A DNA stretch of 32,000 bases from an uncultured Planctomycetia bacterium (lineage in GTDB: Bacteria > Omnitrophota > Gorgyraeia > Duberdicusellales > 4484-171): NCBI GenBank assembly GCA_964536865.1, contig CAZHYN010000003.1:1-32000 (forward strand), written 5' to 3'. The first letter of the stretch is position 1; every line of letters begins with the position of its first letter. Positions 1 through 9,448 of this stretch are shown here, piece by piece. Under the pieces are notes generated by a model. It saw nothing but the letters and a program-made list of their open reading frames with translations. It did not search any database and was not told where the DNA came from. Position numbers and translations under genes: made by a program.

Positions 1-112
1 GCCGGTATTAAAACAGAATATGGTTTCTTTAGAATTTGCGAAAAAATGTTGGCAGGACTACAAATTATATTCTGTTGACTTTTTCCTTATTTTTGATATT
101 TTTAAAATAAGA

Positions 113-535
113 ATGCGAAGAAGAAAGATAAAGAAGGGAATATTTCTACTTTTATTTTTTATAGGATGCCAAACGCTTCCCTACCAACAGCAGAAAGATG
201 TATCTCTAAAACCCGCTTCTCTGTTACGATTTGAAGATATTCCTATTCCAAGAAGCTTTGTTTATCTCCCCTTAAAATCTTTTGTATTCGAAAGAGGAAA
301 TACACGTGTAGGAATCCTAAAGTATGTAGGAAAAGCTACCTCTCCCTCTATAGTCAATTTTTTTAAACAGAATATGCCTTCACATAACTGGGAACTTCTA
401 AGTATAGTGGAAGGAGGATCTGCTATCTTAAATTTCCGTAACCAAAAAGAGTCTTGTATAATTACTATAGACTATAGAGGGAAGAAGATATTTATAACTA
501 TCTCTTTATCTCCCTTAGAAGAGTCGAATCTCTAA
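113..535 (+). CDS. putative lipoprotein, unknown function
   Basis: ORF 20..535. The internal ATG at 113 gives MRRRKIKKGIFLLLFFIGC: a basic n-region, a hydrophobic core and a lipobox-like F-I-G-C. No catalytic motif recognised. Its stop overlaps the mazG stop on the other strand. Confidence 0.5.
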   Translation: MRRRKIKKGIFLLLFFIGCQTLPYQQQKDVSLKPASLLRFEDIPIPRSFVYLPLKSFVFERGNTRVGILKYVGKATSPSIVNFFKQNMPSHNWELLSIVEGGSAILNFRNQKESCIITIDYRGKKIFITISLSPLEESNL

Positions 536-1194
536 CCTATACTTTTATATTTAATCTTATGAGCTAACCGAAAAACTTTTTCTCGAAGGAGGTTTTCTAA
601 ATTAAATTTAAATAAAGAAGAGAATTTAGAGACTTCGAGAAGAAGAGCCAGTAAATTTTCTCTTTTCCTTCTGGAATCACTTAGCTTCTCTGCTTTGCTC
701 TTTATTCTCTTTAGTATTTTTTTTACATCGAAATCCCTGGATAAACTTCTTACTTCTCTAAATAATAATTCTGCTAAAAGTAAAGAGGGGGCACATTTAG
801 GGAGTCGTTGATAAACTGTTTTCCTTCGCTTTGCTCTTGCTTTCTTCTTAATCCAATACCTTAAGATATCTTCCTTAGTTTTTAACTTCTGAGAAGAAAA
901 TACATGAGGATGACGATTAACTAACTTGGTATTAATTTTTTTCAGGACATCTCTCACGTTGAACTTCTTTTTTTCATCAAAAATCTGAGCAATGAATACT
1001 AAAATCAAAAAGACATCTCCTAATTCTTCTTCTATCCTTTGAGCTCTTCCTTCCTTTAAAACATCGAGAAGTTCATAAACCTCTTCTAAAAGGTAATTTT
1101 TTAAATCTTCTAATTTTTGAGCTCTATCCCACGCACATCCTCTTTTAGACCGTAAAGTGCTAACTATCTTAACTAACTCTCCGAACTCTTTCAT
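532..1194 (-). CDS. mazG: MazG-family nucleoside triphosphate pyrophosphohydrolase
   Basis: N-terminal MazG signature RGCAWDRAQKLEDL..LLEEVYELLD...EELGDVFLILVFIA (EExxE/D metal-binding helices), then NRHPHVF. The second half is only weakly MazG-like. Confidence 0.8.
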   Translation of the reverse strand: MKEFGELVKIVSTLRSKRGCAWDRAQKLEDLKNYLLEEVYELLDVLKEGRAQRIEEELGDVFLILVFIAQIFDEKKKFNVRDVLKKINTKLVNRHPHVFSSQKLKTKEDILRYWIKKKARAKRRKTVYQRLPKCAPSLLLAELLFREVRSLSRDFDVKKILKRIKSKAEKLSDSRRKRENLLALLLEVSKFSSLFKFNLENLLREKVFRLAHKIKYKSIG

Positions 1195-1775
1195 TTGATC
1201 GTATTATAGTGAAAAATTTTTTCTAACGGTCTTTTGGGTACATGGAGTCTCCCTTGTCTATCTAACCAGTAACGCACACTATCTTTATTTTCTAAAATAG
1301 GAAACTCTGCCGGTACCCCTACAGCTATTAATGAATCAATTACATACTTTTTGGGAATATTTAAAATTTTCCTTAACATCTTCCTATCAATCGAGACAAT
1401 CCAACACCCTCCTAATCCAAAACAAAGGAGAGAGAGAAGGATATTTTCTGCTGCTGCCCCCACATCTCTTAAGTCTGGCTTCTTTGATTTCTCTTTATTG
1501 ATAAGGAGAATAACATAAAGTGATGGACTCTTCTCTGGAGGAGGAACTCTTTTGGGATATACGTAGCCTCCCCATCGAGTATAAGGAAAAATTCTCTCTC
1601 TGAGTTTTTGGCTATCTATAACTAAGTACTCTAGAAATTGAAGATTAGCTGCTGAAGGGGCACACCGAGCTGAATCTATTAATTTTCTGATGATTCTAAA
1701 AGGTACTTTTTTAGGCTTAAAAAGACGAACAGTTCTTCTTTTAAGAATTAGAGAAAGAAGACTTCTTTGCTTCAT
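1191..1775 (-). CDS. nitroreductase family protein
   Basis: KRRTVRLFK..V....I..LIDSARCAPSAANLQ near the N-terminus is the typical FMN-nitroreductase opening motif. Length is ~190 aa. 4-nt overlap with mazG. Confidence 0.75.
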   Translation of the reverse strand: MKQRSLLSLILKRRTVRLFKPKKVPFRIIRKLIDSARCAPSAANLQFLEYLVIDSQKLRERIFPYTRWGGYVYPKRVPPPEKSPSLYVILLINKEKSKKPDLRDVGAAAENILLSLLCFGLGGCWIVSIDRKMLRKILNIPKKYVIDSLIAVGVPAEFPILENKDSVRYWLDRQGRLHVPKRPLEKIFHYNTIK

Positions 1776-3186
1776 CTATCAACTGCTGTATCTTTTCTTT
1801 ATTCCTCTTATACCTCTGGCGAGCTTCCCAAGTTAAGGGGTCGTGGGCGAAAAGTGCCTTCCACATAGGATAAGTTAGCTCTTTATATTCCTGAGAATAC
1901 TTATCCAAAAATTCTGCTATAGAACCACTAATTACAGATTCTGCTCCCTTATGGGTAGGATAAGCTTTATGTTTTTTAACTACCCCTCTTAGGATATAAG
2001 GATTATCTATAATCATGCAAGGAGAGTAAAGATTTTCATCATAAGGCTGAACACCTCTTATATCTCGGAAAAATCCGGAGAGGATTATCTCTTTCAAAGA
2101 CTTTCTTCGTATATTATCTACAGCAAAATGCACGAACACACATGGTTCCACATCTCCTCGATAGTTTATGTGAAGATAACGTCTTCCTCCAGCAATACAT
2201 CCTCCTACATAAGGACCGTGATTCCAAAAATCACCAATAAAGATGGGTTTAGTATTAAAAAACTCTCTGGTTCTCTGGGCGGTGTACATACGTTGCTGAG
2301 GAGTTTGCATAAGGCTTAAATCAGGATTTTTACCGATAGGAACATAAGTGAAGTACCAACCAAAGATAGCTCCTTTCCTAATCATTTTTTCAATGAATTC
2401 ATCCCTAATTAGATAATCCGTATTCAACCTCGTAGGGGTGGCAGAAAAACCAAAGATAACTCCCTCTTCCCGTAAGTTATCCATTGCCTCCATCACTTTT
2501 CTATAAACCCCTTTACCTCTACGAGCATCGGTAAACTCTTGGTTACCCTCGATACTTATAGCAGGAGAAACATTACCTAATTGAGCTAACTTCTTAGCAA
2601 GGTTTTTATCAATTAAAGTCCCGTTAGTATAAATCTGGAAATAGCAGTCATTATGTTTAGCAAAAATTTCTAAAATATCTTCTTTAAAGAAAGGCTCTCC
2701 CCCAGAAATAGTAAAAAAATACATCCCTAAAGATTTCGCTTCTTTTATAATACGATGTATCTCCCCTATAGTAAGTTCCTCATCTTTATTTTTCTCATAG
2801 GAACCGGCATAACAACCTATACATGATAAGTTACAACGCATAGTAGGAGAAATGACCAGAAAGTAAGGAAGTTCAGTATTATGCTTTTTGAAGAATTCAT
2901 CCCTTACCTTTCCCCCCACAAAGAAAGAGTTAATGAAGAGATTATTAGCAAATTTATAAAGACACTTAAGGTTAGGTTCTAAAATAATCCTTTTTATCAA
3001 CTCTTTAGTAGAGGTTTTTACTTTGAATGATTCTCTAACGTGAGAGGCTCTTTGACGCATATCCTGATTAGGAATGATCCTTCGAGCTACATCGAAAAGT
3101 TTCAAAATGTACTCATCCTTTGCTTCTTTTTTCCTTAGATAGAGGAGAGTCTTCCAGATAAGTTTCCTTACCATCCACACTTTCAT
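1741..3186 (-). CDS. radical SAM protein (481 aa, N-terminal extension plus C-terminal auxiliary-like domain)
   Basis: CNLSCIGCYAG is a CxxxCxxC cluster motif. It is followed by GGEPF (SAM-binding GGE). The C-terminal segment GGCIAGGRRYLHINYRGDVEPCVF resembles the start of SPASM/twitch auxiliary domains. Its ATG overlaps the plsY stop (ATGA). Confidence 0.85.
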   Translation of the reverse strand: MKVWMVRKLIWKTLLYLRKKEAKDEYILKLFDVARRIIPNQDMRQRASHVRESFKVKTSTKELIKRIILEPNLKCLYKFANNLFINSFFVGGKVRDEFFKKHNTELPYFLVISPTMRCNLSCIGCYAGSYEKNKDEELTIGEIHRIIKEAKSLGMYFFTISGGEPFFKEDILEIFAKHNDCYFQIYTNGTLIDKNLAKKLAQLGNVSPAISIEGNQEFTDARRGKGVYRKVMEAMDNLREEGVIFGFSATPTRLNTDYLIRDEFIEKMIRKGAIFGWYFTYVPIGKNPDLSLMQTPQQRMYTAQRTREFFNTKPIFIGDFWNHGPYVGGCIAGGRRYLHINYRGDVEPCVFVHFAVDNIRRKSLKEIILSGFFRDIRGVQPYDENLYSPCMIIDNPYILRGVVKKHKAYPTHKGAESVISGSIAEFLDKYSQEYKELTYPMWKALFAHDPLTWEARQRYKRNKEKIQQLIDEAKKSSFSNS

Positions 3187-3776
3187 TTCTTCCCTCCTCT
3201 TATTAGGTGCTTTATCTCTCTTTCAATTGTACTATAACCTCGTAAAACTAAAAATATTACAATAAAAACGACGAAACTCCATATATAGTTAGGAACTCCT
3301 TCCTTAAATATTAGTATTATAAATAAAATTGTAGAAATCAAGATAGCTAAAATTAATCGTCTCAAGAAAAAAAAGATAACAGCAGTAGCTATGCCACAGA
3401 AGAGGATAGGTTTAAAAAACGTAAAAGAAAAAATACCAATAGCACTAGCTAACCCTCTTCCTCCTCGAAATCCTAAGAATAGAGGAAAATTGTGTCCTAG
3501 AATAGCAAAAAATCCCGAGACCAGAGTCATAAATTCATCGAGACTGAATACTTGCGAAGCTAAAAAAACAGCTAACCACCCTTTTAGAAAATCCAATACT
3601 AACGCTACTAACCCTGCTCCTTTAGAGACAGAAGAAAAAACGTTAGCTGCTCCTACATTACCTGTGCCGACTTTTCTTATGTCTACATCTTTAATAAATT
3701 TTGCTATTAAAAAGCTAAAAGGTATTGAACCTAACAGATAACTTACTAGGAAGCTTCCAACTTTATCCATATTCAA
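3183..3776 (-). CDS. plsY: glycerol-3-phosphate acyltransferase PlsY (acyl-phosphate dependent)
   Basis: YLLGSIPFSFLIAK...DIRKVGTGNVGAANV and HNFPLFLGFRGGRG are the PlsY motifs. Multi-pass hydrophobic protein of ~197 aa. Confidence 0.9.
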   Translation of the reverse strand: MNMDKVGSFLVSYLLGSIPFSFLIAKFIKDVDIRKVGTGNVGAANVFSSVSKGAGLVALVLDFLKGWLAVFLASQVFSLDEFMTLVSGFFAILGHNFPLFLGFRGGRGLASAIGIFSFTFFKPILFCGIATAVIFFFLRRLILAILISTILFIILIFKEGVPNYIWSFVVFIVIFLVLRGYSTIEREIKHLIRGGKK

Positions 3777-3777
3777 G

Positions 3778-4854
3778 TTAAGGGATATAACCAGTAAAGA
3801 GAAAATCTCTCCCTATCCTCTCTAATTTGATCTCCTGAATATCAAAAGTATTCTTTAGTGTTTTAGCTCCGTATCCTCCTACAGAAGGTAAAGCTTCTTT
3901 ACCTCCAATTATCTTAGGAGCAAGAAAGAAATAGATCTTATCTACCAACCTCTGGTCAAAAAAACTCCCTATAGTAAAAGAACCACCTTCTACAAATAAT
4001 GAACAAATTCCTCTCTCATAAATAACTTCCAAAACTTTTCTTAGGTCAAAAATACCATTTTTTGTATTTAAAAAATATATCTGACCGGCTCTAGTTAAGT
4101 AACCTATCTTTTTTTTCTTTTTCTTAGAAGCAGGAGTAGTAAAAATTATGAATCTTTTTTTCTTCACTATCTTGGACTCAAGAGGGATATCCAGATCAGG
4201 ATCCAGAATTATTTTAAAGGGTATTTTTCTTAAACCCTCTAAAGTAGGATTATCAGAAATTACTGTATTTATCCCCACACAGATACCGTCGTATTTATCT
4301 CTTAAACTTTTTGCTAACATCCGTGCTTTTAGTGAAGTAATCCAACGGGAATCTCTGCTTCTGGTAGTAATCTTTCCATCCAAACTCTGAGCTACTTTTA
4401 CTGTTACGAATGGTAGATTTTTTTTCACATTTTTAAAAAATACCTCGTTCAATTTTTTTGCCTGTTCGGCAAGGATACCTACCTTCACCTCTATTCCTGC
4501 TTTCCTTAACTTTTTTACAGATTTACCCTTAACCACAGGATTAGGGTCATAAGTAGAGATAACTACTTTCCTTATGCCAGCATTAATTATTCTATCTACA
4601 CAGGGAGGAGTTCTTCCCCAGTGGCAGCAGGGCTCTAAGTTAACATAGAGAGTGGAATTATAGGCTTTTTTACCTGCTCTATTAATTGCCACAACTTCTG
4701 CATGAGGTGCCCCTGCTTTCTTATGATACCCCCATCCCACTATCTTATTACCCTTAACAATAATAGCTCCCACTAAAGGATTGGGAGAAGTATAGCCCTC
4801 TCCTTTCTTAGCTAACTCAAATGTTTTCTTTATAAAGTAAGTCTCGTTTGACAT
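3778..4854 (-). CDS. ribD: bifunctional riboflavin biosynthesis protein RibD (pyrimidine deaminase / uracil reductase)
   Basis: TSPNPLVGA, HAEVVAI and PCCHWGRTPPC (CDA zinc motif), followed by a reductase domain (VTVKVAQSLDGKI... LFVEGG). Contains an unusual KKKKKK insert encoded by an A8 run. Confidence 0.92.
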   Translation of the reverse strand: MSNETYFIKKTFELAKKGEGYTSPNPLVGAIIVKGNKIVGWGYHKKAGAPHAEVVAINRAGKKAYNSTLYVNLEPCCHWGRTPPCVDRIINAGIRKVVISTYDPNPVVKGKSVKKLRKAGIEVKVGILAEQAKKLNEVFFKNVKKNLPFVTVKVAQSLDGKITTRSRDSRWITSLKARMLAKSLRDKYDGICVGINTVISDNPTLEGLRKIPFKIILDPDLDIPLESKIVKKKRFIIFTTPASKKKKKKIGYLTRAGQIYFLNTKNGIFDLRKVLEVIYERGICSLFVEGGSFTIGSFFDQRLVDKIYFFLAPKIIGGKEALPSVGGYGAKTLKNTFDIQEIKLERIGRDFLFTGYIP

Positions 4855-5662
4855 TTTTCAGTCTCTCCACCCAAGTGTAAGGAATCCAAACTTCTCCTAT
4901 ACTGGTAAACTCCTTATAACTCCCATGAGAATCAGAACCTCCACTTTTAAGAAGTCCGAGTCTTTCAGCTATTTGTGAGAATTGCTCCACTATAGAGGGG
5001 GTATAACGAGGATACCTAACTTCTATCCCATCTAACCCCCATTGAGAAAATTTCTCAATCCATTCCTTAGAAGGGAGAAAATGAGGATGAGCCAATACCG
5101 CCAATCCTTTTGCTTCTTTTATTAAGGCTATTGCTTCTCTCACAGAAAATTTAATCCTTGCTATATAAGCAGGCCTACCAAAAGAAAGATATTTTCTGAA
5201 CGCCTCCCATATAGAAGCAACTTCTCCTTTCTCCACCATATAAAGAGCTAAGTGGAGACGAGTAGCAATCTTTTCATTTATCCGAGAAATTAGCTCATCG
5301 ATATCAACCTTACCCCCCAAAGAGTTAATCTTTTCGGCCATCTTTATAAGACGCTCTTTCCTCAAATCTTTAACATTATCTAAAGCCTCAATCAAACTTT
5401 TATTAGTAGAATCTATAAAGTATCCCAATATATGGACTTCTGCATTATTGTATTCCGCACTAAGTTCTATCCCTTCTATAAACTCAATATCATAAATCTT
5501 ACTCAAACTGAGTGCTTCCTTAATTCCTTGAATAGTATCGTGATCGGTGATAGATAAGGCATCGATACCCTTCTTTTTAGCTTGATTAAAGATTTCTTGG
5601 ATGGATAAATCACTATCTGAGTAATAGGAGTGGATGTGAAGATCAGCTTTTTTGTTTTCCAT
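4817..5662 (-). CDS. PHP-domain metal-dependent phosphoesterase (TrpH/YciV-like)
   Basis: ADLHIHSYYSDS...ALSITDHDT..., later LAHP and GSDSHG, are the PHP metal-ligand motifs. 38-nt overlap with the ribD start. Confidence 0.8.
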   Translation of the reverse strand: MENKKADLHIHSYYSDSDLSIQEIFNQAKKKGIDALSITDHDTIQGIKEALSLSKIYDIEFIEGIELSAEYNNAEVHILGYFIDSTNKSLIEALDNVKDLRKERLIKMAEKINSLGGKVDIDELISRINEKIATRLHLALYMVEKGEVASIWEAFRKYLSFGRPAYIARIKFSVREAIALIKEAKGLAVLAHPHFLPSKEWIEKFSQWGLDGIEVRYPRYTPSIVEQFSQIAERLGLLKSGGSDSHGSYKEFTSIGEVWIPYTWVERLKNVKRDLLYKENI

Positions 5663-5663
5663 T

Positions 5664-6086
5664 CTAGGTTTGGATAAACTTTCTGCTCTCTTCTTTATAA
5701 ATTCGATCTAAGATTCCATTAACAAAGCGAGAAGAATCTTTGTCTCCAAACCGTTTGGCAAGCTCTATCGCTTCATTTATAGAAACTTTAGGAGGGATAT
5801 CTTCCAAATAAAGAAGTTCAAAAATCCCAAGTCTTAAAATATTTCTATCAATAACTGCCATTCTCTCTATCTCCCAATTCTTTGCATATTTTTTAATGAT
5901 ACTATCGATGGAGGATAAACTTTTCTCTACTCCTCCCACTAAGATACGGGAAAAATCTATAACTTCCTGCTTCTGAGGATAACTTTCTAAATATATGTTA
6001 AGTAATTCTACAACTTTCTTTTTTGTTATCTCCATCTGGTAGAGAATACACAGAGCTATCTCCCTTGCTTTTGACCTTGCTCTCAT
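5664..6086 (-). CDS. nusB: transcription antitermination factor NusB
   Basis: RSKAREIALCILYQ... ERMAVIDRNILRLGIFELLY..DIP.KVSINEAIELAKRFG...S..FVNGILD. Canonical NusB length and motifs. Confidence 0.9.
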   Translation of the reverse strand: MRARSKAREIALCILYQMEITKKKVVELLNIYLESYPQKQEVIDFSRILVGGVEKSLSSIDSIIKKYAKNWEIERMAVIDRNILRLGIFELLYLEDIPPKVSINEAIELAKRFGDKDSSRFVNGILDRIYKEESRKFIQT

Positions 6087-6096
6087 TGAAGAAATA

Positions 6097-6561
6097 TTAA
6101 GTTATTTCCTGGAAGAGATTTGCCATCTCTATAGCACTTCTGGCTGCCTCCCTACCTTTATTTCCTTGCTTCGTTCCTGCTCGCTCTATCGCTTGTTCTA
6201 ATGTATCGCAAGTAAGAATTCCAAAAATTATAGGAATTTTGCTCTCTAAAGCTAACTTAGCTATTCCCTTAGCAACCTCCCCTGTCAAGTAATCAAAATG
6301 AGGGGTATCTCCTCTTATTAAAGCACCTAAGGCAATGAAAGCATTATATTTCTTTGTAATACATAGTCTTGCCAAAAGTTGAGGAATCTCAAAAGACCCT
6401 GGAGCCCAAAATACAGTGATATCGGCACCGGCTACTCCTTGCTTCTTCAATTCATCGATACAACCTTCCAGAAGTTTATCGCTTACCAGCTCATTAAAGC
6501 GAGATACTACAATACAAATCTTTTTCCCTTTACCCTGATAACTCCCTCTTACTTCCTTCAT
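6097..6561 (-). CDS. ribH: 6,7-dimethyl-8-ribityllumazine synthase
   Basis: IVVSRFNE.V...LL.G..D.L... WAPGSFEIP... ALGALIRGDTPHFDY..GEV..G are RibH signatures. Confidence 0.93.
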   Translation of the reverse strand: MKEVRGSYQGKGKKICIVVSRFNELVSDKLLEGCIDELKKQGVAGADITVFWAPGSFEIPQLLARLCITKKYNAFIALGALIRGDTPHFDYLTGEVAKGIAKLALESKIPIIFGILTCDTLEQAIERAGTKQGNKGREAARSAIEMANLFQEIT

Positions 6562-6576
6562 ATTGTCCCTCCATCT

Positions 6577-7782
6577 TTAAATAATATGATCTAACTTGAT
6601 TTTTTTTGTCCTCAAATACTCTTTATTTTCTTGATTATGTTTAATTTTAATAGGGACCCTCTCCACTATCTCTAAACCGTAACCTTCCAGACCAATAATT
6701 TTCCTAGGGTTATTAGTAAGAAGTCTTATCTTTTTTAAACCTAAATCTACCAGAATCTGCGCTCCGATACCATAGTCACGCAAATCAGAAGCAAAACCCA
6801 ACGCCTGGTTTGCCTCCACAGTATCAAAACCTTCTTCTTGAAGCTTATAAGCCTTTATCTTATTCTCTAGGCCAATCCCTCTCCCCTCTTGAGCCATATA
6901 AAGCAAAACTCCTCCCTCTTTACTAATGAGCCTTAATGATTCCTTTAGTTGAGAACCACAATCACACCTCTGTGAGGAAAATATATCTCCCGTAATACAC
7001 TGAGAGTGGACTCTCACTAAAGTAGGTCTATTTGTTAAACGCCCTCTTACTAGAGCGATGTGATTGCTCCCGTCTATCAAGGATTTATAAAGATACAAAG
7101 AAAATTCCCCATATTCTGTAGGGAGCCTGATCTTTTCTATAAGAGTTATTAATTTTTCTTTCTTCCTTCTGTATTCAATTAATGAAGCAATGCTACATAT
7201 CTTTAGTTTGTGTTTCTTGGCAAATTCTACCAGGTCGGGAAGACGAGCCATACTTCCATCGTCATTTATAATTTCACATATAACCCCTGCAGGGTAGAGT
7301 CCTGCTAACTTAGCTAAATCTATAGCTGCTTCGGTATGCCCTGCCCTTACCAACACTCCTCCTTCCTTGGCTTCTAAAGGAAAAATATGACCAGGTTTAA
7401 TCAAATCCTGGGGTTTAGTCTTAGAGTCAATTAGAACTTTTATAGTATGGGCCCGGTCATAAGCAGAAATTCCCGTAGTGATTCCCCTCGCTGCATCAAC
7501 AGAAATTCTCCAGGCAGTACCGAAAGGATCTTCTTTACCTTTTCTTACCGGACGTATATCCTCTAACTCTAACTCTTCTATTCTTTCTCTAGTCAAGGGT
7601 ACACAAACCAACCCCCTTGCTTCTTTAATCATAAAAGTTATAATTTGAGGAGTAGCAAATTGAGCAGGAATCACTAAATCTCCCTCATTCTCGCGAGACT
7701 CATCATCAACTACAATTACTGGTTTACCTTTCTTTATATCTTCTAAAATTTCCTCAATATCTACAAACATAATTGACCTCAT
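6577..7782 (-). CDS. ribBA: bifunctional 3,4-dihydroxy-2-butanone-4-phosphate synthase / GTP cyclohydrolase II
   Basis: [14 protein letters not shown] and [12 protein letters not shown] (RibB half). [20 protein letters not shown] and EGRGIGL.NK..AY (RibA half). Confidence 0.93.
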   Translation of the reverse strand: MRSIMFVDIEEILEDIKKGKPVIVVDDESRENEGDLVIPAQFATPQIITFMIKEARGLVCVPLTRERIEELELEDIRPVRKGKEDPFGTAWRISVDAARGITTGISAYDRAHTIKVLIDSKTKPQDLIKPGHIFPLEAKEGGVLVRAGHTEAAIDLAKLAGLYPAGVICEIINDDGSMARLPDLVEFAKKHKLKICSIASLIEYRRKKEKLITLIEKIRLPTEYGEFSLYLYKSLIDGSNHIALVRGRLTNRPTLVRVHSQCITGDIFSSQRCDCGSQLKESLRLISKEGGVLLYMAQEGRGIGLENKIKAYKLQEEGFDTVEANQALGFASDLRDYGIGAQILVDLGLKKIRLLTNNPRKIIGLEGYGLEIVERVPIKIKHNQENKEYLRTKKIKLDHII

Positions 7783-7800
7783 TTATTCAGAAGGTAAAAT

Positions 7801-7829
7801 ACCTTAACGCAGATAACAAAAATTGTCAA
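7801..7829 (-). promoter_or_regulatory. candidate sigma70-type promoter of the rib operon
   Basis: Minus strand reads TTGACA (7829..7824), a 17-nt spacer, TAAGGT (7806..7801), then a ~20-nt leader with GAGG before the ribBA ATG. The -10 is only a moderate match. Confidence 0.35.
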
Positions 7830-7861
7830 GAATAACTTATATCTTAAGGAAAGAGAACTTT

Positions 7862-9448
7862 CTAGGTAGGTTTCTTTAAACCGCCTGTATCCTTCAGTAA
7901 CTTATACTCAATAGAATCAACCAGAGCATCATAAGAAGCTTCAATTATATTTTCAGAAACTCCAACAGTGGACCAGCTTTCACTCTCGTCCTGGCATTGG
8001 ATTAAAACTCTTACTTTCGCTGCCGTTCCACTTTTTTCATCAAGCACCCTTACTTTAAAATCAGTAAGGCGCATCTTAGCTAAACTAGGATAAATACCCT
8101 CTAAGGCTTTTCTCAAAGCGTTATCCAGTGCATTTACTGGCCCATCTCCCTCACTGGCGGTATGCTGTAAGCTACCTCTAACCTTTAGTTTAATAGTAGC
8201 TTCAGAAATTAACTTATTGTCTTCTCTCTTCTCCACAATTACTCTAAATCCTAAAAGCTCAAAAAACTTTCTATACTTTCTTAACTCTCTCTGTAAAAGT
8301 AACTTAAATGATGCTTCTGCTGCTTCAAACTGATAACCTTTCTTCTCTAAACTCTGAAGAAGACGATGAAGTTTTCTAGCTTGAGAGGACTTTTTATCTA
8401 AATCAAATTCTAAATCTTTTGCCTTTGCTACCAGAGTTGCCTTCCCTGCTAACTCGGAGATAAGGAAACGTCGCTTATTACCTACTATATAGGGAGAAAT
8501 ATGTTCATAGCAAGTAGGATTTTTTATTACTGCATCGATATGGACTCCTCCTTTATGAGCAAAGGCAGACTTTCCTACAAAAGGTTGATTATTTCGATGG
8601 GCCATATTACTAATTTCACTTACAAAGTAAGAAACCTCTGTTAACTCACTTATTTTTTTAGGGGGAATCAACTGATAACCCATTTTAAGCTGGAGAATTC
8701 CAATAATAGAAATAAGATCAGCATTACCACAACGCTCTCCATACCCATTAATCGTACCCTGGATATGATTACATCCTTCCTCTATTGCTCCTATAGAGTT
8801 AGCTACTGCTAACTCTAGATCATTATGACAATGGATACCAAATTTAGAAAGATTGAGTTTTTGCCTTACTTCTCGAAGAACCTTTTGTAAATCTCTAAGA
8901 AGAGTGCCTCCATTGGTATCACAGAAAATAATTAATTCTGCTCCCCCATCCAGAGCTGCTCTGATTGTTTTTAAGGTATAGTTGGGATTATGTTTATAAC
9001 CATCAAAGAAGTGCTCAGCATCGTAAAAAACCTTCTTTCCCTTCTTTCTTAAGAATCTTACACTTTCATAAATTATCCTTAAGTTATCATCTAAACTAAT
9101 TTTTAAGGCATCCTTCACATGAAGATCCCAACTCTTACCAAAAATAGTTACATACTCAGTATCTGCAGAAAGTAAACTTAATAAGTTTTTATCTCGGTAA
9201 ACCTTTTTAGAAGGATGAGCAGTAGATCCAAAGGGAACTAAGAAGGAGTGTTTTAAGGGGTGCTTTTTGAAGTAATTAAAAACCTCCCTATCTTTAGGAT
9301 TGGAGTAGGGCCATCCCCCCTCAATGTAATGAATGCCAAGCTTATCTAAACACTTAGCAATAGCTATCTTATCTTTAACAGAGTAAGAAATCCCTTCCGT
9401 TTGTGCTCCATCTCTTAAAGTTGTATCGTATATTTCTACTTTCTTCAT
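7862..9448 (-). CDS. cimA: (R)-citramalate synthase (CimA-type member of the LeuA family)
   Basis: IYDTTLRDGAQTEGISYSVKDK..IA..LD.LGI.YIEGGWP.SNPKD, HCHND..LAVANS, and a C-terminal LeuA-dimer regulatory domain. At ~528 aa, its length and N-terminus fit CimA rather than short LeuA. Confidence 0.82.
   Translation of the reverse strand: MKKVEIYDTTLRDGAQTEGISYSVKDKIAIAKCLDKLGIHYIEGGWPYSNPKDREVFNYFKKHPLKHSFLVPFGSTAHPSKKVYRDKNLLSLLSADTEYVTIFGKSWDLHVKDALKISLDDNLRIIYESVRFLRKKGKKVFYDAEHFFDGYKHNPNYTLKTIRAALDGGAELIIFCDTNGGTLLRDLQKVLREVRQKLNLSKFGIHCHNDLELAVANSIGAIEEGCNHIQGTINGYGERCGNADLISIIGILQLKMGYQLIPPKKISELTEVSYFVSEISNMAHRNNQPFVGKSAFAHKGGVHIDAVIKNPTCYEHISPYIVGNKRRFLISELAGKATLVAKAKDLEFDLDKKSSQARKLHRLLQSLEKKGYQFEAAEASFKLLLQRELRKYRKFFELLGFRVIVEKREDNKLISEATIKLKVRGSLQHTASEGDGPVNALDNALRKALEGIYPSLAKMRLTDFKVRVLDEKSGTAAKVRVLIQCQDESESWSTVGVSENIIEASYDALVDSIEYKLLKDTGGLKKPT

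Noticed and set aside
7783-7861. Possible FMN riboswitch upstream of ribBA
   Set aside because: The spacer is only 79 bp, largely taken up by the promoter-like hexamers, and I could not see the conserved FMN-aptamer core segments.
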